DNA of 64,000 bases from Eledone cirrhosa (taxonomy: Eukaryota). The stretch spans positions 74,896,001 through 74,960,000 of the forward strand of contig OZ024747.1 of assembly GCA_964016885.1 (NCBI GenBank), in the 5' to 3' direction. The number at the start of each line of letters is the position of its first letter. Position 1 is the stretch's first letter. This document shows, one piece after another, positions 13,429 through 26,934 of this stretch. The notes beneath the pieces were generated by a model. That model was not told the origin of the DNA. It did no database searches and saw only the letters and a program-made list of their open reading frames with translations. Both the position numbers and the translations under genes were made by a program.

Positions 13429-15025
13429 TCATCATCATCATCGTTTAACGTCCATGTTCCACGCTTGCATGGGTTTGGACGGGAGTTTTCCCACTTGAGG
13501 CAAGAGTGGTTGTCTTGCTCGCATAGGACTGTCTGGCGGGTTTTCTACAGCTGGATGCCCTTCCTAACACCAACCACATTTACAGTGTGGGACTGGGAGG
13601 TTTTTACCGTGTTCCCTACACGGCCACATTACAGCGTGGACTGTGTGTTTTTTGTCGTGACACCTACACGATCTCATTTGTTTCGGCCTGGATGGTGTGG
13701 CACCAACATAACTTTACATTGAAAGGGGCGGTGTGGATGGGGTGGGGGTGGTGGGACGGGGGTGTATTTTGTTAGAGATGCCTACTGACTGTAGTAGGTT
13801 TTACTTTGTATTTAGGTAAGGCGGGTCTTCTCTATTACTGAGTACCACCAAAGGTCTCGGTCCAGTGACATTGTCTTGGAGAGGTGTAAGTGTGTGAGGT
13901 CGGAATTTATCAGCTCGTCCCAGGTTTTTCTGGGTCTGCCTACTCCGTGGCTACCATCTATCTTTATTGCCCTGCACTTTGTTATACAGCTGTCGTCTTT
14001 CATGCGCATCACGTGACCATACCAACGTAGCCTTCTCTTGAGTAAACAACATCTGATCCCTCTTATTTCTAATTTTTTCCTTAGTTCGTTTATGCTTTGC
14101 CGTTCATGTATATTACTATTACACATCCAGCGGAGCATGCAAGCTTCGTTCCTCTCTAGTCTGCGTATATCCTCTGCACACAATGCCCAGGTCTCACTGC
14201 CATGCAACATTGCTGTTCATATGCAGGCATCATACAACCTGCCTTTCATTTTTAGGGAGAACCCTTTAGCGGCTAATAGTGGTATAAGCTCTCTGAACTT
14301 TTTCCATCCAGTTCTGACTCTAGCTACTGTAATTTCAGAGCACCCTCCCCCACTGCTGACTTTGTCACCCAGGTAACGAAAGCTGTTCACTATTTCTATA
14401 GAACCCTTTGCACAATTGAAAGAGCTAGTATTTTGTGGGCACTTGCTGCTACTTATTGCACCAGAGCACCGGTCACATGTAAAATTTGTGTTCTTAGTTA
14501 GCTTACCTGTGATCCCACTACATCTTTTATGCACCCATACTTTGCATTTGGGACATAAAATGTAGTTTCTACCTACGCCTTTCCTACACACTGAGCATGG
14601 CCATTTCCCGGAAGGGACCGGCGCCTTATTTTCTTTCCTACAAACTAGAACTTTAGTCTTAGCCAGGTTAATTTTAAGGCCTTTTGATTCTAGGCCGTGC
14701 TTCCATGTTTGGAATTTCTTCTCTAGCTCGGCCATTGATTCAGCTATGAGCGTTAGATCATCTGCGTATAGGAGTTCCCATGGGCAGCCGGTCTTGAACT
14801 CCTCTGTTATAGCCTGAAGGGCAATAATAAATAGTAGGGGGCTAAGAACAGAGCCCTGATGGACACCAACTTTTACGCTAAACTCTTCACTATATTCGTT
14901 GTTAATTCTAACCTTGCTGACTGTTTCTTTATAATGGCTTGTATAGCTCTCACAAGCCATTCATCAACACCTAGTTTTCTAAGAGTCCACCAGATAATGG
15001 AACGGAGGACTCTGTCGAAGGCTTT
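13429..15025 (-). mobile_element. 5'-truncated RTE-clade LINE (RT with PHD-like finger, ~370-bp 3' UTR, (GAT)n tail)
   Basis: Motifs KAFDRV, GVHQGSVLSPLLF, LLYADDL, FRYLG, RRLRWYGHVMR and GRPRKTW in ORFs 14217-14960 and 13812-14210, separated by one in-frame TGA; frameshift near 14935; both ends abut (TA)n. Confidence 0.95.
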
Positions 15026-15901
15026 ATATATATATATATATATATATATATCTGCATGAGACAGTCATCTAACCTCCCTGTCAAGCCTTAGAATATGACA
15101 ACCTGTTTAACCCATACAAGCATGAGAAATATATGTAAAATGGTGACAATGATGATGATGATGATGGTGACAATGACAATGACTGATGATGATGGTGGTG
15201 ATGATGATGATGCTAACTGAGTGAGTAGCATAGATCTCTTATTGTAAGAGAAATTCTACAGAATAGTGACATATATTTAACCTCCACACTTGTAGTCTAT
15301 CTTAATATTTTATTTCAGTTTTACTTTTTTCTTGATAGTCACAGTGATACTTGAAATATAGGAATTTATTACATTTGAATATCTTCAATATTTTTTTTAT
15401 GTTTAAAGATCAAATTAAGCTGCATTATTCAATTTTGAACTTAAAATGACAGTTTTATGCAATATAACAGAACTGAAATATTCTCAATAGCAAATTATAG
15501 ACATAGAGTTCGATCGACAAGATTCCAGACCTCATTTGCTTACTGAGTGGAGTGGAACTTGTCAAATCTGACCAAGGGTTCCATTGCTGTTACTATTACT
15601 ATTTACTGGTTGAAAATTAGTTTGCGATATTTGAGTTCATCTTGTTTTTGTCAGAGAGTAAGAGAGAGAGGGAGGGATGAAGATAGCAAATTACTATTGT
15701 CCAAACAAATCTAGCACAAAAACTGGTTGTCATAAAATTTGCATTTTATTATAAATTATATACATATATATTTACTGAATTATACCTCGTAGTGAATAGT
15801 TGTATTCCAGTACTATAGGCTTTCTGATGAAGTGTAATAAATAATTAATTATTACATAATCCCTTCACACTGACGTTTCATTTTTTTTTGTGCAATACTT
15901 G

Positions 15902-15948
<47 letters not shown>

Positions 15949-16442
15949 TACATAAACAAATGTCACTGCTTGCTTTAAACAATGTCAATAGGAAGTACAG
16001 AGAAAAAACACACTTGCATACAAGCTTATAATAAGTGGTAGTGTTCAACACAAAGAGTTTATACCATGTCACCAGATAATGTTCTTACAAGTAATAGTGT
16101 TTATACCATGACATCAGATAATGTTTATACCATGATAACAGATGATGTTCTTGTTAGTGATAATGTTTATACCATGTCACCAGATAATAGTGTTTATATA
16201 GCAACACTAGTGTTCATAAAATTACAGTATATATTGTCTGTTAACATATACTGTTCACATGATAACATGGTGTTTCTGTGATGACAATGGCAATGTCTAC
16301 TTCATGACAAGATAGCATCTGTATGATGAATGCCAGGTGTCTATATGTTTATACTATATATAGTATCTATATAACAGTATTTATGATATTATAGCATTTA
16401 TATAACATATAGTATCTATATAACATAATATTTATATGCTGA

Positions 16443-16712
16443 GGGGAAGCAGATGGTAAATGTGTTGGACCTACAATCATAATGTTGTGGGTTCGATTCT
16501 TGGAGTGGGTTGTGTGTTGTGTTCTTGAGCAAAACACACCATTTCACATTTCTCCAGTATACTCAGCTAAAACATAGTATCAGAAATAGCTGGGGGTTTA
16601 ACCCTGCAATGGACTGGCATCCTGACCAAGGGGGATTCTTGTACTCTTAGCTGCTTCATGCCACAGAAATGGCCTGATGAACCTTCAAGCTCAAAACAGA
16701 ATTTAGACTTTT
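16443..16712 (+). mobile_element. CORE-like tRNA SINE variant (similar copy on minus at ~1240-1450)
   Basis: GGGTTCGATTC B box, TTGAGCAAAACAC core and AACCCTGCAATGGACTGGCATCC module. Confidence 0.7.
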
Positions 16713-17019
16713 TTTTTTTAATTATATATGCTGACAACATATAGTATCTATATGTTGACAACATCCATGATACATTCAGTCACCCTTTGAAATATTTTCC
16801 AACAGATATATCTTTGGAGAAGAAAATAGATTTATTTGGTCAAGTGTTTGTCAATACTGAAGCATGATCACTTTAATATCTGGATTGGTGCCATTGGAGT
16901 ATATAGAGTTGCCCTTTTGGCAGCATCTATTCCAAAACTATTGGAACTCTGTCAAACAATGCTTGGACTGTATCTGTCTATTTATGTATTTTTGTGTCTA
17001 TGGATGTGATCTTATGTGT

Positions 17020-17462
17020 GTGTGTGATCACATGCATGCTTATGCATGTGTGTGATAACTTCTGCCTATGTATGTGATCACACACATGCTTATGTGTGTG
17101 ATAACTTCTATGTATTTTTGTGTCTATTTATGTGATCACATGCATACTTATGCATGTGTGTGTGATAACCTTCTGTCTATGTATGTGATCACATGCCTCC
17201 CTATGTATGTGATCACATGCCTCCCTATGTATGTGTGATAACCTCTATGTATGTGATCACATGTCTCCCTATGTATGTGTGATAACCTCTATGTATGTGA
17301 TCACATGCCTCCCTATGTATGTGTGATAACCTCTATGTATGTGATCACATGCCTCCCTATGTATGTGTGATAACCTCTGTCTATGTATGTGATCACATGC
17401 CTCCCTATGTATGTGTGATAACCTCTATGTATGTGATCACATGCCTCCCTATGTATGATAAC
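17020..17462. repeat. 44-bp minisatellite containing the palindrome ATGTGATCACAT
   Basis: Unit ATGTATGTGATCACATGCCTCCCTATGTATGTGTGATAACCTCT; homogeneous on the right, degenerate on the left. Confidence 0.9.
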
Positions 17463-18949
17463 TAAAACTATATATTTGTCACACTCTTCACATTTTGTGA
17501 TATTCTAACATTTGTTGATATATTTGGCTGAAAATTACAATAACTTCTGGATCAGATATGAGTTGTATATCATATAGGGTATAGGCTTTTCCGTGGTCTT
17601 TGTTCTGCTGAATTTTCTAAAGGTTACTAATTGATTGACTCATCTTCCTATGAATTCTCATACTTTCACTGTTATTGTCCTCTCTTGTAAGAAGAGAATT
17701 TCTACTCTAGTTTTATTCCCCATGAACTTCTGTCTTATGGAATTATTCTTGTTTTTCTGATAGTTAAAGAAATGATGGTCTGACCCCAGGCTAGCGAATA
17801 ATTAGGCCAGTGCTAATCCAGGTTTCATTGGTGTCAAGTGACTGAAATAATAATCATCATCATCACATTCATTTTTCCATGCTTGCATGGGTTGGATGGG
17901 TCATTTCTCCACCTGTTGCAGCCATATTTCCTTCAAATCTTAGCCTAATGTTTTAACATCCTGTAATGATTGAACAGCAAATGTCTCAAAATAGGTTAAT
18001 TCAAATGTTTATAGTATCTTTACTAGTAAACAGATCTTCATTATGTGATAATTTACAGTAAACTAAAAACTAAATGTGATGTAACCATAATACTATTTTG
18101 TACTTTCCATTCTGCCAGGAGTTGCAACCGGTAGATAGCATTAGCAATGGAAAAACCAATGGAAACATTATTTCCTCGGTCCGATTTGACAAGTTGCACC
18201 CCACTCTGTAAGCAAATGAGGTCTGGGATCTTGTCAATCAAACTCTATAGACATTCCAAGAATGTCTTCCTAATGTGGTTTCATAAAGAAAGGAAGGATA
18301 TATTCACTAGAAAAGCAGGGACATGTCTACCAGGAGTTACAATCTGTAAATAACATTAGCAATAGTAACACCAATAGAGACTGTTTCCATGGTCTGATCT
18401 GACGATCAACTTCTTCCACTTTTTTTTTCTATAAGTGATGTTATTTTATTATAATTATGAACTTCTCTCCTGGGAGCCATATAATAGTTATATTTTTTAA
18501 AACTTTAAAATATTAAATGATTTTTAAGATACCTAATTAATGGAATAATTTGTTTTCAAAAAGGTTACTTTTATGAAAAAATATTAAATTAATTTGAAAC
18601 ATTACAAAATATATAAAAATATCACATAGTTTTAATGACAGAGGAGGTTATTGGTGAATGAAAGGTTACATAACAAGCATATGACAGCTTCTAAGGTTAA
18701 AATTGGCTTGGGAACAAACGCAGAGCATGGAATTAATTATAAAATAGTTGGTAGGTTTATTTAATATTTGTCATTTTCATTGTTTAAACAATCTATTATG
18801 TGAGAAATAAAATTTCAATTTTCATACATGAATCATAAATGAATTATTTAGTCCCAAGTCATTTCTAGGCAAAAGCACAGTCTTCACCAACCTTGCTTTT
18901 TTCAGGTTAACCTATATTTCTAATGAAGGACACTGCCTATGACTTTGAA

Positions 18950-19118
18950 ATCCTCTTTTTTGCCCACATACTCCTGAGAGGGTCGTGGGTGAAGAGTCCT
19001 CAAACACTCCTTCCAGCGGGTCCTGTCAGAAGCAACTGTTTCCGCCTGATCAAGTTCATAGATGTTATCCAACCACTTTGCTCGGGGTCTACTGCTAGCT
19101 GGTTTTGCCCATAAAATC
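18950..19118 (-). mobile_element. RTE-like LINE family B 3' fragment
   Basis: Reverse complement of CTCAAACACTCCTTCCAGCGGGTCCTGTCAGAAGCAA matches the family B 3' end. Confidence 0.7.
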
Positions 19119-19691
19119 TGTTCACATTTTGAAAATAATGAAGAACCTGAAGGGAATTAGTAATATATCTAACTTTCTCATTATTGAACTGGTGATTAGA
19201 AAATAACTAAATTACATAAAATTGTGATGGAATGGAAGGATTTTAGATGAATATAGACATTATAAAACAGTTTTGTATCATAGAACCAGGGGTGGTTTGA
19301 TACCAAAAGGGTTAAGGAATATATTTCACACCTACATGGTTTGGGATTTAGTTTTGCCATGCAGTATCTTGAGCAAGTGTCTTCTTCTATAACCTCAGGT
19401 TGAGTAAAATATGGTAGGTGAAACTGTGTGGAGGCTTATCATGTGTATGTATGTATGTATATATATATATGTTTGTGTCTTCATGTCCTGTAACTTAGCA
19501 GTTTGACAAAAAGAGATTGACAAAATTAATACCAGACTTGAAAAAAAAATGAACAGGGGTTTGATATGATTGCCTAAAATGTTTAGTGTGGTGCCTCAGT
19601 CCAATGACTGAAACCAATATAATATTTAAAACATGGACTTCATTAGCTGATGTTCCCTTCCAACTTTTAAAGACCATATATTAGGTATGAG

Positions 19692-19893
19692 GTAACTATT
19701 AACATCCTGTAATGATTTAGTACAAATTATCTAAAAGATGGATCATTGAGTCAAACATTTATAGTAACTTTACTAGTGAACGCATCATTGTCGAGAATTT
19801 CAGCATTAGAGTAAAGACTTAATTTTTCAAGTGTATTTTTCTAGAAGCTCTTGATAATGCAGTTTCAAGTGGTACAGGATGTTAAGAGTTAAG
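19692..19893. mobile_element. TTAA-type (piggyBac-like) MITE; related copies at ~17950-18110 and ~49110-49320
   Basis: TAACTATTAACATCCTGTA ... TACAGGATGTTAAGAGTTAA inverted ends; internal sequence shared among copies. Confidence 0.5.
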
Positions 19894-21600
19894 GTAAAAA
19901 GTGTTGATATTTCTAGCATTTTGAGTGATCCCATAAAGGTACCTTTACTGGCCTGTCATAAATCTAAAAGTGTTTTATTGATAAATGTCCTATATAATGT
20001 TAATAATTCTTCTGCATTATGGTATATGTTTCACAGCCAACTTGACTGAGGTAGATAGAATAATGTTACCTTGCTTATAATAATGTGATGCTTGGAAAAG
20101 GTTGATTGAAGTTAGATGTCATAAACCAGTCGAGCAGCTTGACTGTTAGTTAGCTTCATCAAACAATCGGAGGTGTTGGATCCAATCGACCGTGTACAAT
20201 GTTAAATCATAGTATAGGTAGGTAATATTGTTACGACAAAGAGGATAAATTTTTCAAAGAAGAAATAAAAAGAAATATAAAAATCTAGTTAGAAACAAAA
20301 GTTGCTTTGATTGGTCATGAAAGGATGAAGAAAACATTGGCATATTCATAAACACATGATTTCTTAATTAGGCATAAAGCTTTGAAGTTACAGTATGGAA
20401 GGTATGGCGGAGTGCTGTAAAGTTGTGGTGTTTAGGCAGCAGTTCTCAAGTGTGTAAGAGATTTAACTGTGCAATTGAAGGTAAATTATGGAGAAAGCAA
20501 TTGTAGAAAATATGTCATGCATGGATGTATTTCCAAGTCTTGTGGTTTACTTAATGACTATCATCATCATCATTATCATATTGTCATGGCTGTGTCATAT
20601 TACATAGTCTTCTGTTCAGCAGCATCTTCAATTGATGAAGTCTCCACCTTAACTAATTAGCTTCATCTTCTTCTTCCCAAAGCTCTCACTACATGACTAA
20701 CTATCTGATGATACTTCACTAAGTTCAGCCTCCTCATCATATAGTTGCTAGGAATATCAACAACTGAGATCATCTTTTAAATACATGTTCAAACCTATAA
20801 CTAACTAATGACTTTCAATCTCTGCAGTTAGTAAGAGTTAAAATATAATAATAATAATAATAATAATAGTTAGCACTAGTAAAATAAACTACATAGTTGT
20901 ACTTAACTGACTGTTATATATTTATTATATAAAGTGAATACTGCAATAAAACTTTTATTTTCTATATTTTCTGTTACATTGTTACAGCATGTAAAGGGTT
21001 GATATACAATGGACCATATGATATCCTTATAACCAATGGGAAGTTGCATGGCTTAGTGGTTAGAGAATTGGATTTACAATAGTGAGGTTCTGAGTTCAAT
21101 TCCAGGACTTATGAGTGGTGGATAGTATCAGCAATGGAAAGACCAATGGAAGATGAGACTGGGATAATCCCTGGCCTTATAAGCCTCTAAAATAAAGGGA
21201 GATTTTAAATTTGAGGGTTGTTTTGGCTATTATTTCTAGCAAGTGAAGCCTGCATGCAGAACAGAGGGTCCTCAACCTATTTTGTCATAGAACCCTTATG
21301 TGATTTGATTTCCAAATCACATATCTAGAACACATCATTTTACAGAGACTCCACCTTAATCTTAAGATATTGAATAAAACAAAAAACTGTTATAAAGAGA
21401 TATATTTACATAAAAAAACAAACTAAAACAAAACAAAACAGCGAGTCTTTATTAAAAGTTTCGAGGAACCTCAGAATTTTTTCCCAGAATCTACAGCAGA
21501 GGCTCTTTAGTTAGGTTAATAATTGTCCTAACAATTGTAAATATATGTCAAAAGACTGAACTGGGGAAAATAAAAATAATATATGTGTGTGTATATATAT

Positions 21601-21644
<44 letters not shown>

Positions 21645-21647
<3 letters not shown>

Positions 21648-21885
21648 TTTGATAGGTTTCAGCCTGTATTGGCCCAGGCCATGTCTAACTTAATAGCACC
21701 ACCTGGCGAAGTCTTACAAATCAGGGTTTGGGCACCATGGCCCACTCGAGCAGGGAGTTGTTTACGGAGGCATATCTGGGATTTCTTGAAGGAATTTGTC
21801 CAAAGACTTCTTGAACTTGATGGGGTCTGTTTCTGTTTTGATGTGTTTTGGTGTAATGTTAAAGAGAGCAGGGCCAATTGAGGTG
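21645..21885 (-). mobile_element. CR1/L2-group LINE 3' terminal fragment inserted in (TA)n
   Basis: Minus-strand translation SIGPALFNITPKHIKTETDPIKFKKSLDKFLQEIPDMPP resembles the GPxLFN..FKxxLDxFL..IPD ORF2 C-terminus; (TA)n on both sides. Confidence 0.7.
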
Positions 21886-24800
21886 ATATATATATATATA
21901 TAAGATAGTGAATAAATTAAACAAACAAAACACAGGAGGCAATTTTACAGTTATATTAGATTCACGTTTGGTGGAAAAATATATATAAAATATAAATTTG
22001 AAAAAGGAGTCCCACATGGCTAAAATCTTGCAAAATGAACAAAAACTGTGGGCGAAGACGACAGAAAAACAATGAAATGCAGACAATCCCAACTCATCAG
22101 TTGATCACAAGAGATACCGTTGTTTCATTGATCTAAGATCAATACAGCTGGCTCCAGTACAGAAGGGACAGTGATGAATATATATGGTAATGTCCTACTG
22201 GCTATTATATATATATATATATATATAATAGCCAGTAGGACTTTGCCAAACTGTAATACTATATTACAGATTTTATCATAATGAGAACTAACGTGTTCAC
22301 TCATTTGAGCCTTAACTCCCCCCTCCCCCCACCCCACATGAAAGAAAAGACAACAAAATATCAAAAACAATCTTCTTGATATTTCTATTTATATTCTTTT
22401 CATAATTTTGTTATCATTTTTAAATATATATATATACACAGATATATATATATAGTTAAAATATTGTTTTAAACAAATAAACTAAACATAAAAGTCCAAA
22501 TATCTGCATATATGCAATAACCAGGATTTGAAATATTCTTTCATTTTATTAGATGTCTTTCTTTCACTTTTATGCCAATATTTTCAGATCAATAATATCT
22601 TCTATGCATCAATAAATTTCATTATGGAAATGCTTTAAAAAGCAAAGCATTCTATTTTTTATATAAGATATTTTTTTAGATGGTGTTGTATAAATTTAAA
22701 ATGTTCAGCTTGATACATATATTTGTCGAAACATTTTTCTATTTTATTAAATTATATATATACATACACATAAACACATATATATATGTGTGTATGTATA
22801 TATATATATATACACATAGACAAACCATACTCATACATAATGTTAATACAACCAGACACTGTTAGACATCGTCTTCAACAATGTATAGACCATTCCACCA
22901 ATATATATGGTGATACAAAAAAGTAAAAACAACACACACTCACTCACATGTCCCCACTTTTTCTAATCTATCTATTATTGCACTCTCCTGATGAAGGACT
23001 AACATCCAATACATTGAAGTTCTTTTCTCTCTTTCATCTAAAGCATGAACCTAATAACAATAATTGTTATTGTTTTTGTATCGCAAGCAGAGAAAAGTGG
23101 ACATAAAATGATGATGACGATGATGTGTTTGTAATTTTCATTATATATATATATACACACACATACATGTATGTAAAGTTTGTATATCAGATCATATACA
23201 ATATGTTTACGAATAAACATTTAAAAGCCTTTAGCTGTGAATTTTAAATGTGATGACTGCCGACATCAACCTTGTTCCAGCAGAAGCAACTGACTGCGCT
23301 GTTTCTGGCTATGTGATATCCTGTGCTAGAAATAGTAGCTAAATCTCCCACAAATTACAATCTATCTTTTAATATTGATTTCTAATTTAGGCACAAGGAC
23401 AGTTGATTAAATCAACCCCAGTATTTGACTGGTACTTTATTTTATTGACCCCAGAAAAATGAAAGGCAAAACTGGTGTCGGTTGGAATTTGAACTCAAAA
23501 TGTAAAGAGCCAGAACAAATATCACAACAGTACTTTATTGACACTCTACTGCCCTATGATCTTGAAAAACCCCAAAAGGACACATTAGATAACATATTCC
23601 TAGATACATTGTCAAAAAATATAAAAAGATGGGATGGTCATAGCTAGAGATACTTTAAATATAGGTCTTTTAGGATCAGGGCTTAGAAGCAGATGAACAA
23701 CAACATTCACCCTGAAGTGGGTATTGTAGGTAAGTCAGTAAATCAATGGTTGAACAGTGGTTTGTATAACTGTAATTCAAATAGTTGCGAGGGCAGTTAG
23801 TGATGGAATTCTACCAAAGCACACATATATTTCCACTATTAAAATAAGTACTTAGTGCACCTTACAGTCAACCACAGTGCTATTAAGGTTGGCTTGCTGA
23901 TTGGCCACAAGTGGTTTTTCTCTAACACCTTTTATGGGACTAAGTTAACTTGAATGACCTATAATCTTGCATGCTAATGAACAAACTAAACTAATTTACA
24001 ATAAGAAATCATTAGGTAATTAAAGTGATTATCCTTCGTTAGGATAATCACTGGTATTTAATTATTTATTTATACAATAAAAGCAAGAGTTGAGTAAAAA
24101 ACAAACTAATCAGATCAGAGGAAATTAGTAGAAATTATGAATCTTTAAGAATTTGGTTAAGGACAGCAAAAGGTGAGCAGTTTCACTGTAGGATTTACAC
24201 ACACCTAGAAATGCTGTATGTCAATAATATGGCACCTGTACGACTCCCGCAGGAGTTATGGGAACATACATACATAGCATTGATGTGCTATCCTTTGTGA
24301 ATGATTAGAATATTCACAAGATCAGCAGTTCCTAGTCTGTGCAGGGAGGAGGTGGAGAAGCTAAGTTCAAAATGTTGTGAGGTTGCAGTGTAAAAGTCTA
24401 CTACATGTGATAAGGCTGACACACATAAACTTTAACCCTTTGATACCTAACTGCTCATGGTTGTAAAATACTAAGCTGTTCATTTTGTTTATCATCATTG
24501 TTTTAACGTCCATTTTGCTAGCATGGGTTAGACAAGTTGTCCTGACAGTGTGAGACAAGTCAAATCAGGTGTTTGTGTCTTGCTCATACATAACTGTTTA
24601 TAGTTATCTAAAATCATACCTTTATAATTTTATGTAAGAACCTTTGCCAAATTATATTACAAACACTAGTTTAAAAAACAAAGTTATTTTACTAAATTCT
24701 CACAAATTCTTGATTATTTTCAAAATTGCTTCCACATTTACAGGAAGAGTAAAATATTTTAAGACAATTTCTAGAAGTTGATTTGCACTTAAAACTGTTG

Positions 24801-25469
24801 AACCTGAAATGTTGACCATAGTATCAACAAAACAGCAACAAGTAAATGGGGTTCATGGGAATATTTATTAAAATAAATGGGTTCAATGGAGGTAAAAAGT
24901 TTGGGAATCACTGCACTAGATGGTGGATGGTTTGCGAAAGATTGTGTTATTGTTTAACTCCAGGGCTGGTTAGATCTATGATCAAAAGTGTTACAGTCAT
25001 CAGGCTTAAGTACATTAACATAATTCTGAGGGACAGAGTGTATGACAAAGCCGGCCCTTTGAATTACAAGCACTGTCCAGCTGATCAGCTTCCAAATAGT
25101 TTCTATTTACCTAATTTCCTTTGTGGGGTTGGATCAACCTAAGGCTATAGTAAAAGACACTAGTCCAAGATAACATGCATTCGGATCAAACCTGAGGTCA
25201 ACTTTGTCACACACAATTAAATTATGGGTTCATAAATAGAATACTCAGCCACTTTACAGTAGAGTAGGCTGCTAGGTTGATCAACAGAGATTTATTTTGA
25301 TGATCATCTCAGCCAATCTTAGCATGGAATCCAGATTGTGGTTTTGATTACATTTGACCCTGCTAGAAAAAAAGTCACAAAACCTAATAATTCCAATAAC
25401 TGGCTTTAAACAAGAATTGCATAGGAGCTGGTGCAGTAATGTTCTAGCTTCAGCATTTGATAATTGGAA

Positions 25470-25935
25470 GACGGGAGGTAGGTGTGAAAGCTAAACTCAC
25501 TATCTTCAATTTGGTATTCATGTCAACTCTTACCTATGGTCATGAATCTTGGGTAATGACTGAAAGAATATTATCATGAATACAAGCGGCTGAAATGGGA
25601 TTCCTCCAAAGAGTCTTTGGAGTAACGTAGCTTGGAGATCAGAGAGTTGCTCAAATAGAGCTGCTACATCTCCGAATTGAGAGATTACAGCTCTGGTACT
25701 ATGGGCATGTGGTTAGAATGTCTCAAGAAAGAATTGCTGCACAGATTTTATGGGTGAAACCAACTGGCAGGAGACGCAGAGGTAGACCATGAGCAAGGTG
25801 GTTGGATATCATCTATCAGATCGGTTGGTCTTCTTTGGGGATCCAGCTAGAACAGTGGAAACAATAGCTTCTGACAGGACCTGCTAGTAGGAGTGTTTGA
25901 GGACTCTCTCAGGGATAATAAGTGGGCAAAGAAGG
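25470..25935 (+). mobile_element. RTE-like LINE family B 3' fragment
   Basis: LTYGHESWVMT..IQAAEMGFLQRV..IERLQLWYYGHVVRMSQER..PTGRRRRGRP, typical of the RTE ORF C-terminus. Confidence 0.85.
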
Positions 25936-26901
25936 GTTTAACCCCCCCCCCCCCCCCACCACACACACACACACACACACTAAACAATACATTGGCTGAA
26001 TGGTTGAATGGTTCAGAAGTCCATTTCACAATCACGAAGTTCTAAAGTCAATCTCATTACTGTTGTGTCAAAGATATGACAACCTCCCTAGTGCTGGTGT
26101 CATGATAAAATGCTATTGGTGGGGTAAGACTTTTTATATCACATTGCTCCTTCTGCCAGGAGTTGCAACTAGTAGATAGCATCAGCAATGGTAAGACTAA
26201 TGGAAACATTGTTTCTTTAGTCTGATTTGACAAGTTCCACTCCACTAATGAACAGACCCAAAGCTGTAAAATACATAAAGGCAATATCTTTTTTTTGTGT
26301 ATGGAGAGAAAAGTGTGTTTACACTTGTTTATTTACACAGCAAGGCTTATAAAAAATATACATTAAATTTATTTTAGATGATGCAATATATGCTGTAGTG
26401 CATACATATTTATACATTGTGCACATGTATGTATGCATCTATATTATTATCATCGTTTTTACTTGGTTACAAATATTTCCACACTGAAAAGTTGTGTTGG
26501 TGTTTACAACAAAAAAAGCCCAGTCTACACTGTAAGATGCTCGTAATGGTGACACGACAAAAAAACACCAGGTCCGCCCTGTGTCAAGCTGGTGACAACT
26601 TATCGGTTGATCTTTTTGGAGCCATGATAAAGAGCACTCAGTCCACCCTGTAATTGTGGTTGGCGTTAGAAAGGGCATCCATCCATAGCAACCAAGCCAG
26701 AAACAGTTCTGTATGAGCAATACACGGTCACCTGATCTAGCTTTTCACAATAGGACAACTCATCTAACCCATGCTGTCATGGAAAAATGGACGTTAAACA
26801 GTAATGATAATGGATACATTAATATATAATATATAAATATATATATATAACGAAAGCCGTCGAAACGGCTTGAGCTCAGCTGTCGGGGTCTTACTGGTTC
26901 C

Positions 26902-26934
<33 letters not shown>

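Noticed and set aside
16670-16710. CTGATGA in a SINE tail (also minus ~1245-1280) as a hammerhead
   Set aside because: No correctly placed GAAA box or stems I and III; the local hairpin would sequester the core nucleotides.
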